A stretch of DNA of 32,000 nt. Origin: an uncultured Pseudomonadales bacterium. Its GTDB lineage: Bacteria > Pseudomonadota > Gammaproteobacteria > Pseudomonadales > Porticoccaceae. Positions 9,742-17,989 of this stretch are shown here, piece by piece. Made by a program: the position numbers and the translations under genes. Under the pieces are notes generated by a model. That model was not told the origin of the DNA. It did not search any database and was given only the letters and a program-made list of their open reading frames with translations. Each line of letters starts with the position of its first letter. The stretch's first letter is position 1. The stretch lies in contig CALSOE010000001.1 in the NCBI GenBank assembly GCA_943787895.1, forward strand, positions 270,965-302,964, written 5' to 3'.

Positions 9742-11051
9742 TATTTGGTTCCCGGTATGAGATCTAATATTTCCTTAATAGACAGCATCCTCTCATCACA
9801 TTCCAAGGATCGACTGTGTTTTAAGATAGACTGGGCCGTGTCCTTCATAGCAGGAAAAGCACTCCGCAGTAATTGATTCGCATATATGACTATATTAACG
9901 CCCGCCTTCTCCAACTCAGCTTCTGTGATAGAATTAAAGCTGGAAGGAACAACAACCAATGGCTTTTGTCCGCCAAACTCAGCATATTTATGACAGAATT
10001 CAAGTATTTCAGCAGGATCTTTCTTCCGACTGTGAATCATAATCGCATCCGCGCCAGCGCCTAAATACGCCTTTGCTCGCTCAATCGCATCGTCCATGCC
10101 AGCCTCCAGAATTAGGCTTTCTATACGAGATATAACCATAAAGTCATCGGTTACTTGAACGCTCTTAGCAGATGAAATCTTGTCACAGAAATTGTCAATG
10201 GTATCTTGGGTTTGAGGCACTTCATTACCAAACAAAGAGTTTTTCTTTAATCCGGTCTTGTCCTCAATAATAACCGCAGACACTCCTAGTCGCTCTAGCG
10301 TTCTTACGGTGAACTTAAAATGTTCAATCTGCCCTCCTGTATCAGCGTCATAGATGATGGGCTTCGTGGTAACCTCCAGCACCTCGCTTAGTGTGGACAT
10401 TCTTGAGCTTACATCAACCGCTTCAATATCAGGCTTTCCTTTGGCTGTTGAATCAGTAAGACTGCTTCCCCACATACCGTCAAATTGACGAGAAATGCCA
10501 TCTACATCCACTTTAGTATGCTCAATAATGAGCCCACTTAACGCGTTATGAATATCTAAAAACCGGACCAAAGGCTTTGCTTTCAATAAACGACGTAAAC
10601 TAGAGAGACGAATTTGAGGTGTAGTGCCTAATTCTGTTACAGCCTTATTTAAGGCTGTTGATGAAATACCTTGCGTGTACGGTACTTCCACTAACTCTCC
10701 ACCCCACTTTGCTATGGTATCAATGACAGCCTGTCGGGTTTTTTGCTGAACACCATCTTTCCAATCATCACCATGAACGACATAGTCAGGCTTCAAAGCT
10801 TTTAAATTTTCCGTATAATCAAGAGTGGACTGAGGAAGTACTTCATGGACAGTTTTTAAATTACTAACTATTTCTGCACGTTGTTCATAACTCATATAAG
10901 GCAATCTTTTATAACTAGCTATAGCCGAATCCGTTAAGACGCCAACGGATACTTGCCCTAATTCTGATGCAGTTTTTAGTATATTTAAGTGCCCAGGATG
11001 AATCAAATCTGCACTCATCCCAACATAAACTTTTTTCATTTTGTACTCCAT
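9741..11051 (-). CDS. pepM: Bifunctional cytidylyltransferase-domain / phosphoenolpyruvate mutase fusion (Fom1-like architecture)
   Basis: The N-terminal ~130 aa form a HIGH-type nucleotidyltransferase domain ([18 protein letters not shown]). The C-terminal ~290 aa form PEP mutase, with the diagnostic [12 protein letters not shown] (EDK-X5-NS) and DADTGG motifs. Confidence 0.9.
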
Positions 11052-11444
11052 ATTTAATTAATATAAAACTTTATCTCTAAAAAACGTGAATAGGCTAATA
11101 TTAACGTGCGAATTATTTCCCACAAATTCTCAACGATTCTCAACAACTATGATCGAAAATCATTAGTCATCTAAATCGCTCTAATTTATCTTTTAACAAT
11201 ACTTTTTCACTGAGATTTATACTTATCTGAATTCATAACAAATATAGTCATATATATGATTTTATCGAAAATACTATTTTGGTTAAGAAACTAGAAGTAA
11301 CCGATTTTTTTTATTGGGAGAAACCTACCAAACTACTCCTAAATCGGGCCGATGTTTTATAAACGAAATATGGTATTTGTTCCTAAATAATTTAATTTTT
11401 GATGAATGGCTGCTTATTTAGCTCCTAGGGAATTTTCTTCTTAT

Positions 11445-11455
11445 AGGCTACCGCA
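11445..11455 (-). promoter_or_regulatory. ops-like (RfaH recruitment) element in the leader of the AT-rich operon
   Basis: The minus strand reads tGCGGTAGCCT, against the ops consensus GGCGGTAGnnT (10 of 11 positions; the core GCGGTAG and T11 are kept). It lies ~390 nt upstream of the pepM-fusion start in a 740-bp ORF-free leader. An rfaH gene is encoded in the same locus. Confidence 0.4.
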
Positions 11456-11792
11456 GGACTTAGTACGAAAGTCTGCAAGAATAATGTAATCGCAATCAAG
11501 TCCATTAAAACGACACAAGTTCAACCCCTCATAAAGCGGTGATTATATCTAGTCCGGTTATTACTTTTGTAAACCGAGGACTAATATCTCTCGCCTTAAT
11601 AGGGAATAAAAATAAATGCGTGTATAGCTTTCAGAAATACGAGCCTACTCACACCATAGAATTCCGCATCGGCTGAAAAGCAATAAGTTAGATTTAATTA
11701 TAAAAAATTTAGTAAGCCCAAAAAAGAAAGGCCATACTATGAAGCGTTCTAATAGACCATATAAGATAATATCCGCTCAAAAGTACCTCCAC

Positions 11793-12826
11793 CTATCTTT
11801 CCTCGCTGAAACCATAACGCCGAACCAAAAGCCAAATAACCGACAACACACACCCAAATAGCATTCCAAGAATAGAGATAAGCGCGCGCTTAGGCTTAGA
11901 CTCCTCCTCTGGAACCATTGCCCTACTGACCGTTACGAAAGCATATTCGGGGCTCGCCTCAGCCAACATCTTCGACTTAGTCTGCTCTTCAATAATCTGA
12001 TAAAACACTTCACGCATATCAGCAATTGCGGTTTTCTCAACCTGAGCCGTGAGATACTCTATATTTCGATTGACCTGCTGTAGCTTCCGCTCACGCATAT
12101 AGTCGTTAATGGAGCGGACAAAAAGCTCACCCATTGCTTGGCTAGCTGTGGTGAATAGTACTCAAGCTAATAGTTATCAGGCCTGATGTTTTGTCCTGAG
12201 ACACAGTGACCTTTTTGTCGAACTCTTCAAACAGCTCCCAGCTGCTGGGTGGGCGTTGCTTCGCCACTATCCTCATCCTCAATCAGCCAGGTCTTAGACT
12301 CTGCATCATAGAGTTCATCATCCAGCTTGAGACTATTAGAGGCCTTATCCCAGCCCTCTGCGGCATACACGGGATTTGTAATTATTGGTTTCGATAAACT
12401 CTTCTATAAAGCCCCAGGACTGCATGATCTCCATAGCCTCCAATGTTTCAGTGTTTTCACCAGGCCCGATATTAATACCGGCGAGAGAGGCTAGCCCGCC
12501 AAGCTGACCAGCCATATTGCCTAATGCTGATCCGCCGGACTCTGCCGGTGCAACGACAGCGTGAGGATTTGTATTCATTGGCGAGGCTTAATGCGTAGAT
12601 TACGGAGACGACTGCAAACAAGCTTGTGACAGCAGCAATGAGTTTCTTGCCAGCCCAAAGGACTGAGAAGAGTTCTCGCAGAGTCGATCTCATCATCAGT
12701 AGTTGCTGTGCGGCGGGTTTGAATCTGGTTCTCCGCAACGGCTGTCTTTCCTTTGAAGCTGCGGCTTTGATACGGCTGTCGAGATACCAAGGCTAATTCA
12801 TAGTTTATGGGGTTCGGTTGTGCCAA
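11793..12826 (-). pseudogene. wzz: Wzz-type chain-length determinant (PCP-1), heavily decayed with about 6 frame changes
   Basis: Wzz-like segments are recoverable only by hopping frames. In order they are ...TTDDEID / LRELFSVLWAGKKLIAAVTSLFAVVSVIYALS / VVAPAESGG..QLGGLASLAGI..EIMQSWGFIEEFI / PVYAAEGWDK...TPTQQ. These continue as WELFEEFDKKVTVSQDKTSGLITISL / YYSPQLAKQW / ELFVRSINDY...MLAEASPEYAFVTV...SKPKRALISILGMLFG. Confidence 0.8.
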
Positions 12827-12883
12827 TAATGGGCTAGTTTATTTGGCTTAGTTGGGTGCCATTCTGGGGGAGGTCCCTCGCTT

Positions 12884-12918
12884 CGCTCGGGATGACAGTA
12901 TGACGCTCGGGATGACAG
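12884..12918. repeat. Short direct repeat CGCTCGGGATGACAG x2, 20-bp period
   Basis: Read directly at 12884-12898 and 12904-12918, in the rmlB-wzz intergenic spacer. Confidence 0.8.
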
Positions 12919-12970
12919 GATAGGTGCTCTGAATTCCTTGCGTGAGTGTCTCCATTAGAGAATACGGCTG

Positions 12971-13978
12971 TCATTCGCAATACCACTCTACGGTTTTAAC
13001 AATTCCGCTCTCGAAGGTCTCTTGGGGCTGCCATCCTAGATCGGTTGTGATCTTGCTGCTGTCGACGGCATAGCGCCAGTCATGCCCGGGGCGGTCGGTG
13101 ACAAATTCGATTAATTGCTGATGGCTGACTGCGGCGGGCATACTCTGATCCATTAGGTCGCAGATCACTTTGCAGATGTCGAGGTTGGCCCATTCATTGT
13201 TGCCGCCAATATTATAGGTTTGGCCTATTGTGCCTCTGCGGACTACTGCGTCGATGCCTGAGCAGTGGTCGTCGACATAGAGCCAGTCGCGGATATTGCT
13301 GCCATCGCCGTAAACCGGGATCGGGGCCTCTTGCTGGCAAGCTCTTATCACTGTTGGGATAAACTTTTCTGGGTTTTGGTAGGGGCCATAGTTGTTTGAG
13401 CAGTTGCTGGTGGTTACCGGCATTTCGTAACTGTGGTGCCATGCTCGTACTAGATGATCTGAGGCGGCTTTAGAGGCTGAGTATGGCGAGTTAGGTGCGT
13501 AAGCCGTGCTTTCGGTGAAGGCTTTATCGTCGGCGCTCAGGGTGCCATAGACTTCGTCTGTGGAGATATGGTGAAAACGGCACTGGGCTTCGCTGAGGCC
13601 ATTGACCTTCTGCCAGTATTCACGGGCGGCTTCGAGTAGAGTGAAGGTGCCGACGACATTGCTGGTGATAAATTCGCCTGGTCCGGTTAGGGATCGATCG
13701 ACATGACTTTCGGCGGCAAAGTGCACAATGGTGTCGATGCTGTGTTGCTCGAGTAGCTGTGAGATCAACTGTTTGTCACAGATATCGCCCTGTATAAAGT
13801 GATGCCGCACTTCGTCTTCGAGGTCGTGCAGGTTCGCCATTGAGCCTGCATAGGTAAGCTTATCCAAGTTGACGATGTTAATGTCGTCGTTGTTGGCGAA
13901 CATATAGCGCACGTAGTTGCAGCCAATAAAGCCAGCGCCGCCAGTGACTAGGATATTTTTTGGTTGGTAGTTATTCAT
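12971..13978 (-). CDS. rmlB: dTDP-glucose 4,6-dehydratase
   Basis: ILVTGGAGFIGCNYV Rossmann motif, the catalytic YSASKAASDHL (YxxxK), and DEVYG. The start is chosen at the Met of MNNYQPK (13978) because it overlaps the stop of the reconstructed rmlD C-terminus. Confidence 0.9.
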   Translation of the reverse strand: MNNYQPKNILVTGGAGFIGCNYVRYMFANNDDINIVNLDKLTYAGSMANLHDLEDEVRHHFIQGDICDKQLISQLLEQHSIDTIVHFAAESHVDRSLTGPGEFITSNVVGTFTLLEAAREYWQKVNGLSEAQCRFHHISTDEVYGTLSADDKAFTESTAYAPNSPYSASKAASDHLVRAWHHSYEMPVTTSNCSNNYGPYQNPEKFIPTVIRACQQEAPIPVYGDGSNIRDWLYVDDHCSGIDAVVRRGTIGQTYNIGGNNEWANLDICKVICDLMDQSMPAAVSHQQLIEFVTDRPGHDWRYAVDSSKITTDLGWQPQETFESGIVKTVEWYCE

Positions 13979-14914
13979 CGCTCTGTGCCGTTTCATTTTT
14001 TGATTCTGTTATTTCAAGTGCCGACAGCGTCTGGGCTAGAGATTGTTGCCAGTCGATTAAGGTGACTCCAAAAGTCTCTTGCAGTTTTCTGCAGTCCAAT
14101 GTGGAATTGGCGGGACGCTGGGCAGCGGTTGGGTAACCCGTGGTTGGTATGGGGAGTATTTCTTTAACGCTTACTTCGCCTGAAATAGCCCGCTGGCAAA
14201 GATGGCCTGTGCAAAGCCATGCCAGCTAATTACATCAGGTTGGGCCAGATGATAAATGCCCCACTTGCTGTCGAGGTTTTTATCCGACTCACTATCAAAC
14301 TCGTTATAAAGAGTGGGCAAAATTTCCAGGATCACTCTGACGACTTCTGCAGCGCAGGTTGGCTTGCCTATCTGGTCACTGACGACTCGCAGCTGCTCGC
14401 GAGTTGAACCCAAGGCAAGCATGGTTTTAACAAAGTTATGACCAAACTCAGAGAACAGCCAGCTGACGCGGAAGATCAGATGTTTGTTGCAAAATTGCTC
14501 TACTGCTTTCTCTCCGGCCAACTTACTGGCCCCGTAAACGCCCAAGTGCCTGTGTCTGGATCGTCTTCGTGTATAGGCACCCTGTTTTTTGCCATCAAAT
14601 ACGCAGTCTGTGGAGAAATGCAGTAGAGGGATATCCAACTGCTGACAAACTTGAGCGAGACTGGCGGCACCGGTCTGGTTTACTAAGTAGGCTTTATCCA
14701 TTTCAGATTCGGCTAGGTCAACCTGAGTATAGGCCGCGGTATTAATCACAAAGTCTGGCTCTGCTTGGGTTATCACCTGCCGCACATTATTGGCGTTGGT
14801 AATATCCAGATCATTTCGATTGCAGGCGATAAACTCTATATCACTGCGCTGCTTTAGCGCACTGACAAAGGCCTGTCCTAACTGCCCCGCCGCTCCGGTG
14901 ATCAATAGCTTCAC
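13971..14914 (-). pseudogene. rmlD: dTDP-4-dehydrorhamnose reductase, frameshifted near the C-terminus, with an internally scrambled conserved segment
   Basis: ORF 14171-14914 (LITGAAGQLG...VYGASKLAGEKA...) stops at 247 aa. The missing C-terminus (VKEILPIPTTGYPTAAQRPANSTLDCRKLQETFGVTLIDWQQSL) reads in another frame across 13971-14170 and ends at the rmlB start. Residues AYTRRRSRHRHLGVYG replace the expected Y-x-E-D-D...P-L-x-V-Y-G; the alternative frame there reads EDDPDTG. Confidence 0.8.
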
Positions 14915-15447
14915 GCTGTAACCGCCTTAAAGCTCAAGCCGGCTTTATCTTTATCGGATAATAACGGGCTCTCCGATGGCCAGTCGATGCCGATATCAGG
15001 ATCATTCCAGATCAGGCAGCCCTCATCATTCGGGTCATAATAGTCGGTGCATTTGTATTCAAAGTCGGCGCTATCGGAGGTGACGATAAAACCGTGAGCG
15101 AGCCCCGGGGGCAACCACAGTTGGCGATGGTTGTCTTCCGAGAGCCAGACTCCGATCCAGTTGCCAAAGGTTGGCGAGTCTTTGCGCAGGTCGACGCCCA
15201 CATCAAATACTTCGCCGCGCACAACGCGAACTAACTTGCCCTGGGGCTTGGTCTGTTGAAAGTGCAATCCCCGCAATACTCCACGAGAGGATCTCGAGTG
15301 ATTGTCTTGCACAAAGGGCAGCTCGATCTTGGCCTGATCTCGGTACTGTTGATCACGGTAGGTTTCAAGAAAGAAGCCGCGGTGGTCACCATAGACCTTG
15401 GGCTCAATAATCACTGCACCCTGTATTTTGGTATCGATAATCTGCAT
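14911..15447 (-). CDS. rmlC: dTDP-4-dehydrorhamnose 3,5-epimerase
   Basis: Starts [30 protein letters not shown] and contains RGLHFQ, the RmlC cupin signature. The start at 15447 overlaps the rmlA stop (TAATG), and the stop overlaps the rmlD GTG start (GTGA). Confidence 0.9.
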   Translation of the reverse strand: MQIIDTKIQGAVIIEPKVYGDHRGFFLETYRDQQYRDQAKIELPFVQDNHSRSSRGVLRGLHFQQTKPQGKLVRVVRGEVFDVGVDLRKDSPTFGNWIGVWLSEDNHRQLWLPPGLAHGFIVTSDSADFEYKCTDYYDPNDEGCLIWNDPDIGIDWPSESPLLSDKDKAGLSFKAVTA

Positions 15448-16361
15448 TAGTAGCCCTCGATAACGCGTTGGAGATATTGGCCATAGCCGGTTTTTTGCAA
15501 GGCATCGGCTTGTACTTGGAGGCGTTCGGCACATATCCAACCGCTGCGGTAGGCGATCTCTTCAAGGCAGGCGACTTTCAAGCCCTGTCGGTGTTCGACG
15601 GTCTGAACAAATTGGCTGGCTTCAAGCAGGGAGTCGTGGGTGCCGGTGTCGAGCCAGGCGAAACCGCGGCCCAGCAGACTGACATTGAGATCGCCGCGTT
15701 TTAAATAGGCGCTGTTGATATCGCTTATTTCCAGTTCGCCCGCGCTCGAAGGACGGATGGTTTTGGCTATGTCGACAACATCATTGTCGTAAAAATAGAG
15801 CCCGGTGACTGCGTAGCGTGATTTTGGGGAGCTGGGCTTTTCTTCGATACTGACTGCCAATCCGTTGTCGTCAAACTCCACCACACCGAAGCGCTCTGGA
15901 TCATTGACATGATAGGCAAATATGGTGGCACCCTGCTGTTGCGAGGCGGCCGCGGCCAGCTTGTCGGTAAAGTGTTGGCCATAAAAAATATTGTCGCCGA
16001 GTACTAGGGCGACATTGTCATCGCCAATAAATTCTTCGCCGATCAAAAAGGCTTGAGCTAGGCCATCGGGAGACGGCTGTTCGGCATAGCTGATATTAAT
16101 ACCAAACTGGCTGCCATCACCGAGCATGCGTTGAAAGCCTGGCAGGTCGATAGGTGTGGAAATAATCAGGATATCGCGAATACCGGCAAGCATTAGGACC
16201 GACAGTGGATAGTAGATCATCGGCTTATCATAGACCGGCAACAGCTGCTTGGATGCGGCTAAGGTTATTGGGTGCAAACGGGTGCCTGAGCCCCCAGCTA
16301 ACACTATGCCCTTAGTGCATTTAGATGCAGAGTTGTTATCTTTACCTTCAACATTATCCAT
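15447..16361 (-). CDS. rmlA: Glucose-1-phosphate thymidylyltransferase
   Basis: [16 protein letters not shown] motif, [18 protein letters not shown], and LGDNIFYG; the length is typical. Confidence 0.9.
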   Translation of the reverse strand: MDNVEGKDNNSASKCTKGIVLAGGSGTRLHPITLAASKQLLPVYDKPMIYYPLSVLMLAGIRDILIISTPIDLPGFQRMLGDGSQFGINISYAEQPSPDGLAQAFLIGEEFIGDDNVALVLGDNIFYGQHFTDKLAAAASQQQGATIFAYHVNDPERFGVVEFDDNGLAVSIEEKPSSPKSRYAVTGLYFYDNDVVDIAKTIRPSSAGELEISDINSAYLKRGDLNVSLLGRGFAWLDTGTHDSLLEASQFVQTVEHRQGLKVACLEEIAYRSGWICAERLQVQADALQKTGYGQYLQRVIEGY

Positions 16362-16424
16362 ATGTTCGTCACAAATCCTTTGTGGTTATTAGGCTTTTAT
16401 CTAAAGCCTTAGCCAGCCTTTTGC

Positions 16425-17969
16425 TTAGTTAAACCTATAACTGAGGGATGCCGCTAAACGGACTTTATCCTGCTGACGACCAAAGTCATCAACCAGCCTA
16501 TCGGTGTAGCGCCCTTCAATTTGCAGCTCACCCCAGTCATAACCCCGCTGCCATTTTGCCGAGAGTGAATTAAAACGACTGCCCAACTGAGAAATTGAAT
16601 GTCTTGAGCTAACGCCACTATCAAGACTGTCGACATTTAATTCGCCATTGCTGTAGCGCGCTTCAACGCTGTCACCATTGGCTAAATAGCCCACCGCCCC
16701 AATGCTGGTTACGGTTGAATCGTTATCCCATGTGGAGCCAATGGCGCGGCCCTGATAGCGGTACCCTGTGAGGTAAATACCATGGTTGTAGAGCACGTTA
16801 TAGCGATTGTCTGAAGAACTGGTGCTAGTGTCATCGTATTCAACAAAGGCAATTCCCTGGAACCAACGATGGTTCAGGTTGAACTGCATACCCAATTGGT
16901 GGGCGCTTTTAGCTGGCAGGCCGCCGGCTTCATCCTCACCGACCTGTTGACCATAAAGCGAGGCGTTAAGCCAGGGTAGGTCCCAGCGAATATCCACACC
17001 ACCCAGCTGGTTGCCCGGCTCATCTACCTTGCAGTCGGCAGTATCGCAATTGTCGGCAAGACCGGTGACCAACTCAAAGAAACTTTTTGCGCTCTGCGGC
17101 CGACCTTCGCCGCCCCACTGTGCACTGCGACGGAGATTAATCTCGAGACTTTGCAACGGCCGAAAACCCACTGTCATACCCACTAGTTTGGCGTTATCAA
17201 TATGCCGCTGATCGTCGAGCTTGGAGATAAATAGATTGGTGGTCCAGGGCCCCAGATGCTTCAGTATGGGAAAATCAAAAGCCTCGGAATAATTGCGCTG
17301 TAGGGTTAAACCGGGGGTTGGCCGAGCATTGTTACTGAGAATTAAATTGCTGTTCCAACCGGGGCCCCACCACTTTTCGCTGTTGCCAATCATCCCTATC
17401 CAGTTGCCCCAGACAATGCCAAAGTAGCTGTTGTCATAGTGGGTTTGCTCATCGTCCCAGGGATTCAATACTTTGCTGACTTCTAGGTTGTAGGCGAGGT
17501 GCTCGGTCATACCGCTGCGGCTCAGGGTAAGCTGCGCTTCATCTCGGTTGTCATCCCCAAAGTGCCGAACCAGCTGTGATTGGTTTGCCACAGAAAGCCT
17601 TAGGCTGTGTTCTGGCTGATAGGTTCTGGTGGCACGGCGCCCGGCCGCTAAGACTCGACCAAAGCTATCTTCAAGTTTCAGTTGTAGCGATCGACCAGCA
17701 CTCTCGGTCTGTTCCAGATCATTGAGAATACCTGCCCACATCAATGGCCAAGTATTGATTGGCACTTTAATGATTCCTGCCCTGGACAACTGCTCTATGT
17801 CTGCTCGCAAAGGGGCATTGCGAACATCCAGCCATGGCTCTGCCGTGACCAGATCCACTGCGCCGATCATGCAGACCAAGAGCACCAGTGTTCGCGCTCT
17901 AAAAACGACCGACATAAAGAGGGTTGAGTATTTAATTCTTGTCATTGCCTTTCTAATTTTCATTGCCAT
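16425..17969 (-). CDS. wzi: Capsule assembly outer-membrane protein Wzi family
   Basis: Matches remembered E. coli K30/Klebsiella Wzi blocks. These are ...LRADIEQLSRAGII..INTWPL, SAQWGGEGRPQS..F..LTG, EPGNQLGGVDIRW and YGQQVGEDEAGGLPA. The true start may be a downstream Met, since the signal peptide begins around MSVVFRARTLVLLV. Confidence 0.85.
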   Translation of the reverse strand: MAMKIRKAMTRIKYSTLFMSVVFRARTLVLLVCMIGAVDLVTAEPWLDVRNAPLRADIEQLSRAGIIKVPINTWPLMWAGILNDLEQTESAGRSLQLKLEDSFGRVLAAGRRATRTYQPEHSLRLSVANQSQLVRHFGDDNRDEAQLTLSRSGMTEHLAYNLEVSKVLNPWDDEQTHYDNSYFGIVWGNWIGMIGNSEKWWGPGWNSNLILSNNARPTPGLTLQRNYSEAFDFPILKHLGPWTTNLFISKLDDQRHIDNAKLVGMTVGFRPLQSLEINLRRSAQWGGEGRPQSAKSFFELVTGLADNCDTADCKVDEPGNQLGGVDIRWDLPWLNASLYGQQVGEDEAGGLPAKSAHQLGMQFNLNHRWFQGIAFVEYDDTSTSSSDNRYNVLYNHGIYLTGYRYQGRAIGSTWDNDSTVTSIGAVGYLANGDSVEARYSNGELNVDSLDSGVSSRHSISQLGSRFNSLSAKWQRGYDWGELQIEGRYTDRLVDDFGRQQDKVRLAASLSYRFN

Positions 17970-17989
17970 TGCCCAATATTGCTTATGCT

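Noticed and set aside
9080-9760. 226-aa plus-strand ORF antisense to phosphonopyruvate decarboxylase
   Set aside because: It is fully nested antisense to a gene with clear TPP motifs and has a low-complexity Ser/Thr/Ile composition, typical of a shadow ORF.
12206-12397. 63-aa plus-strand ORF and other short ORFs within 12206-12826
   Set aside because: They overlap the frame-hopping remnants of wzz. The minus-strand segments show family-specific similarity and the plus-strand one does not.
15541-15553. Plus-strand TGCGGTAGGCGAT, a second ops-like match
   Set aside because: It lies inside the rmlA coding sequence on the non-transcribed orientation for this minus-strand operon, so it is most likely a chance occurrence.
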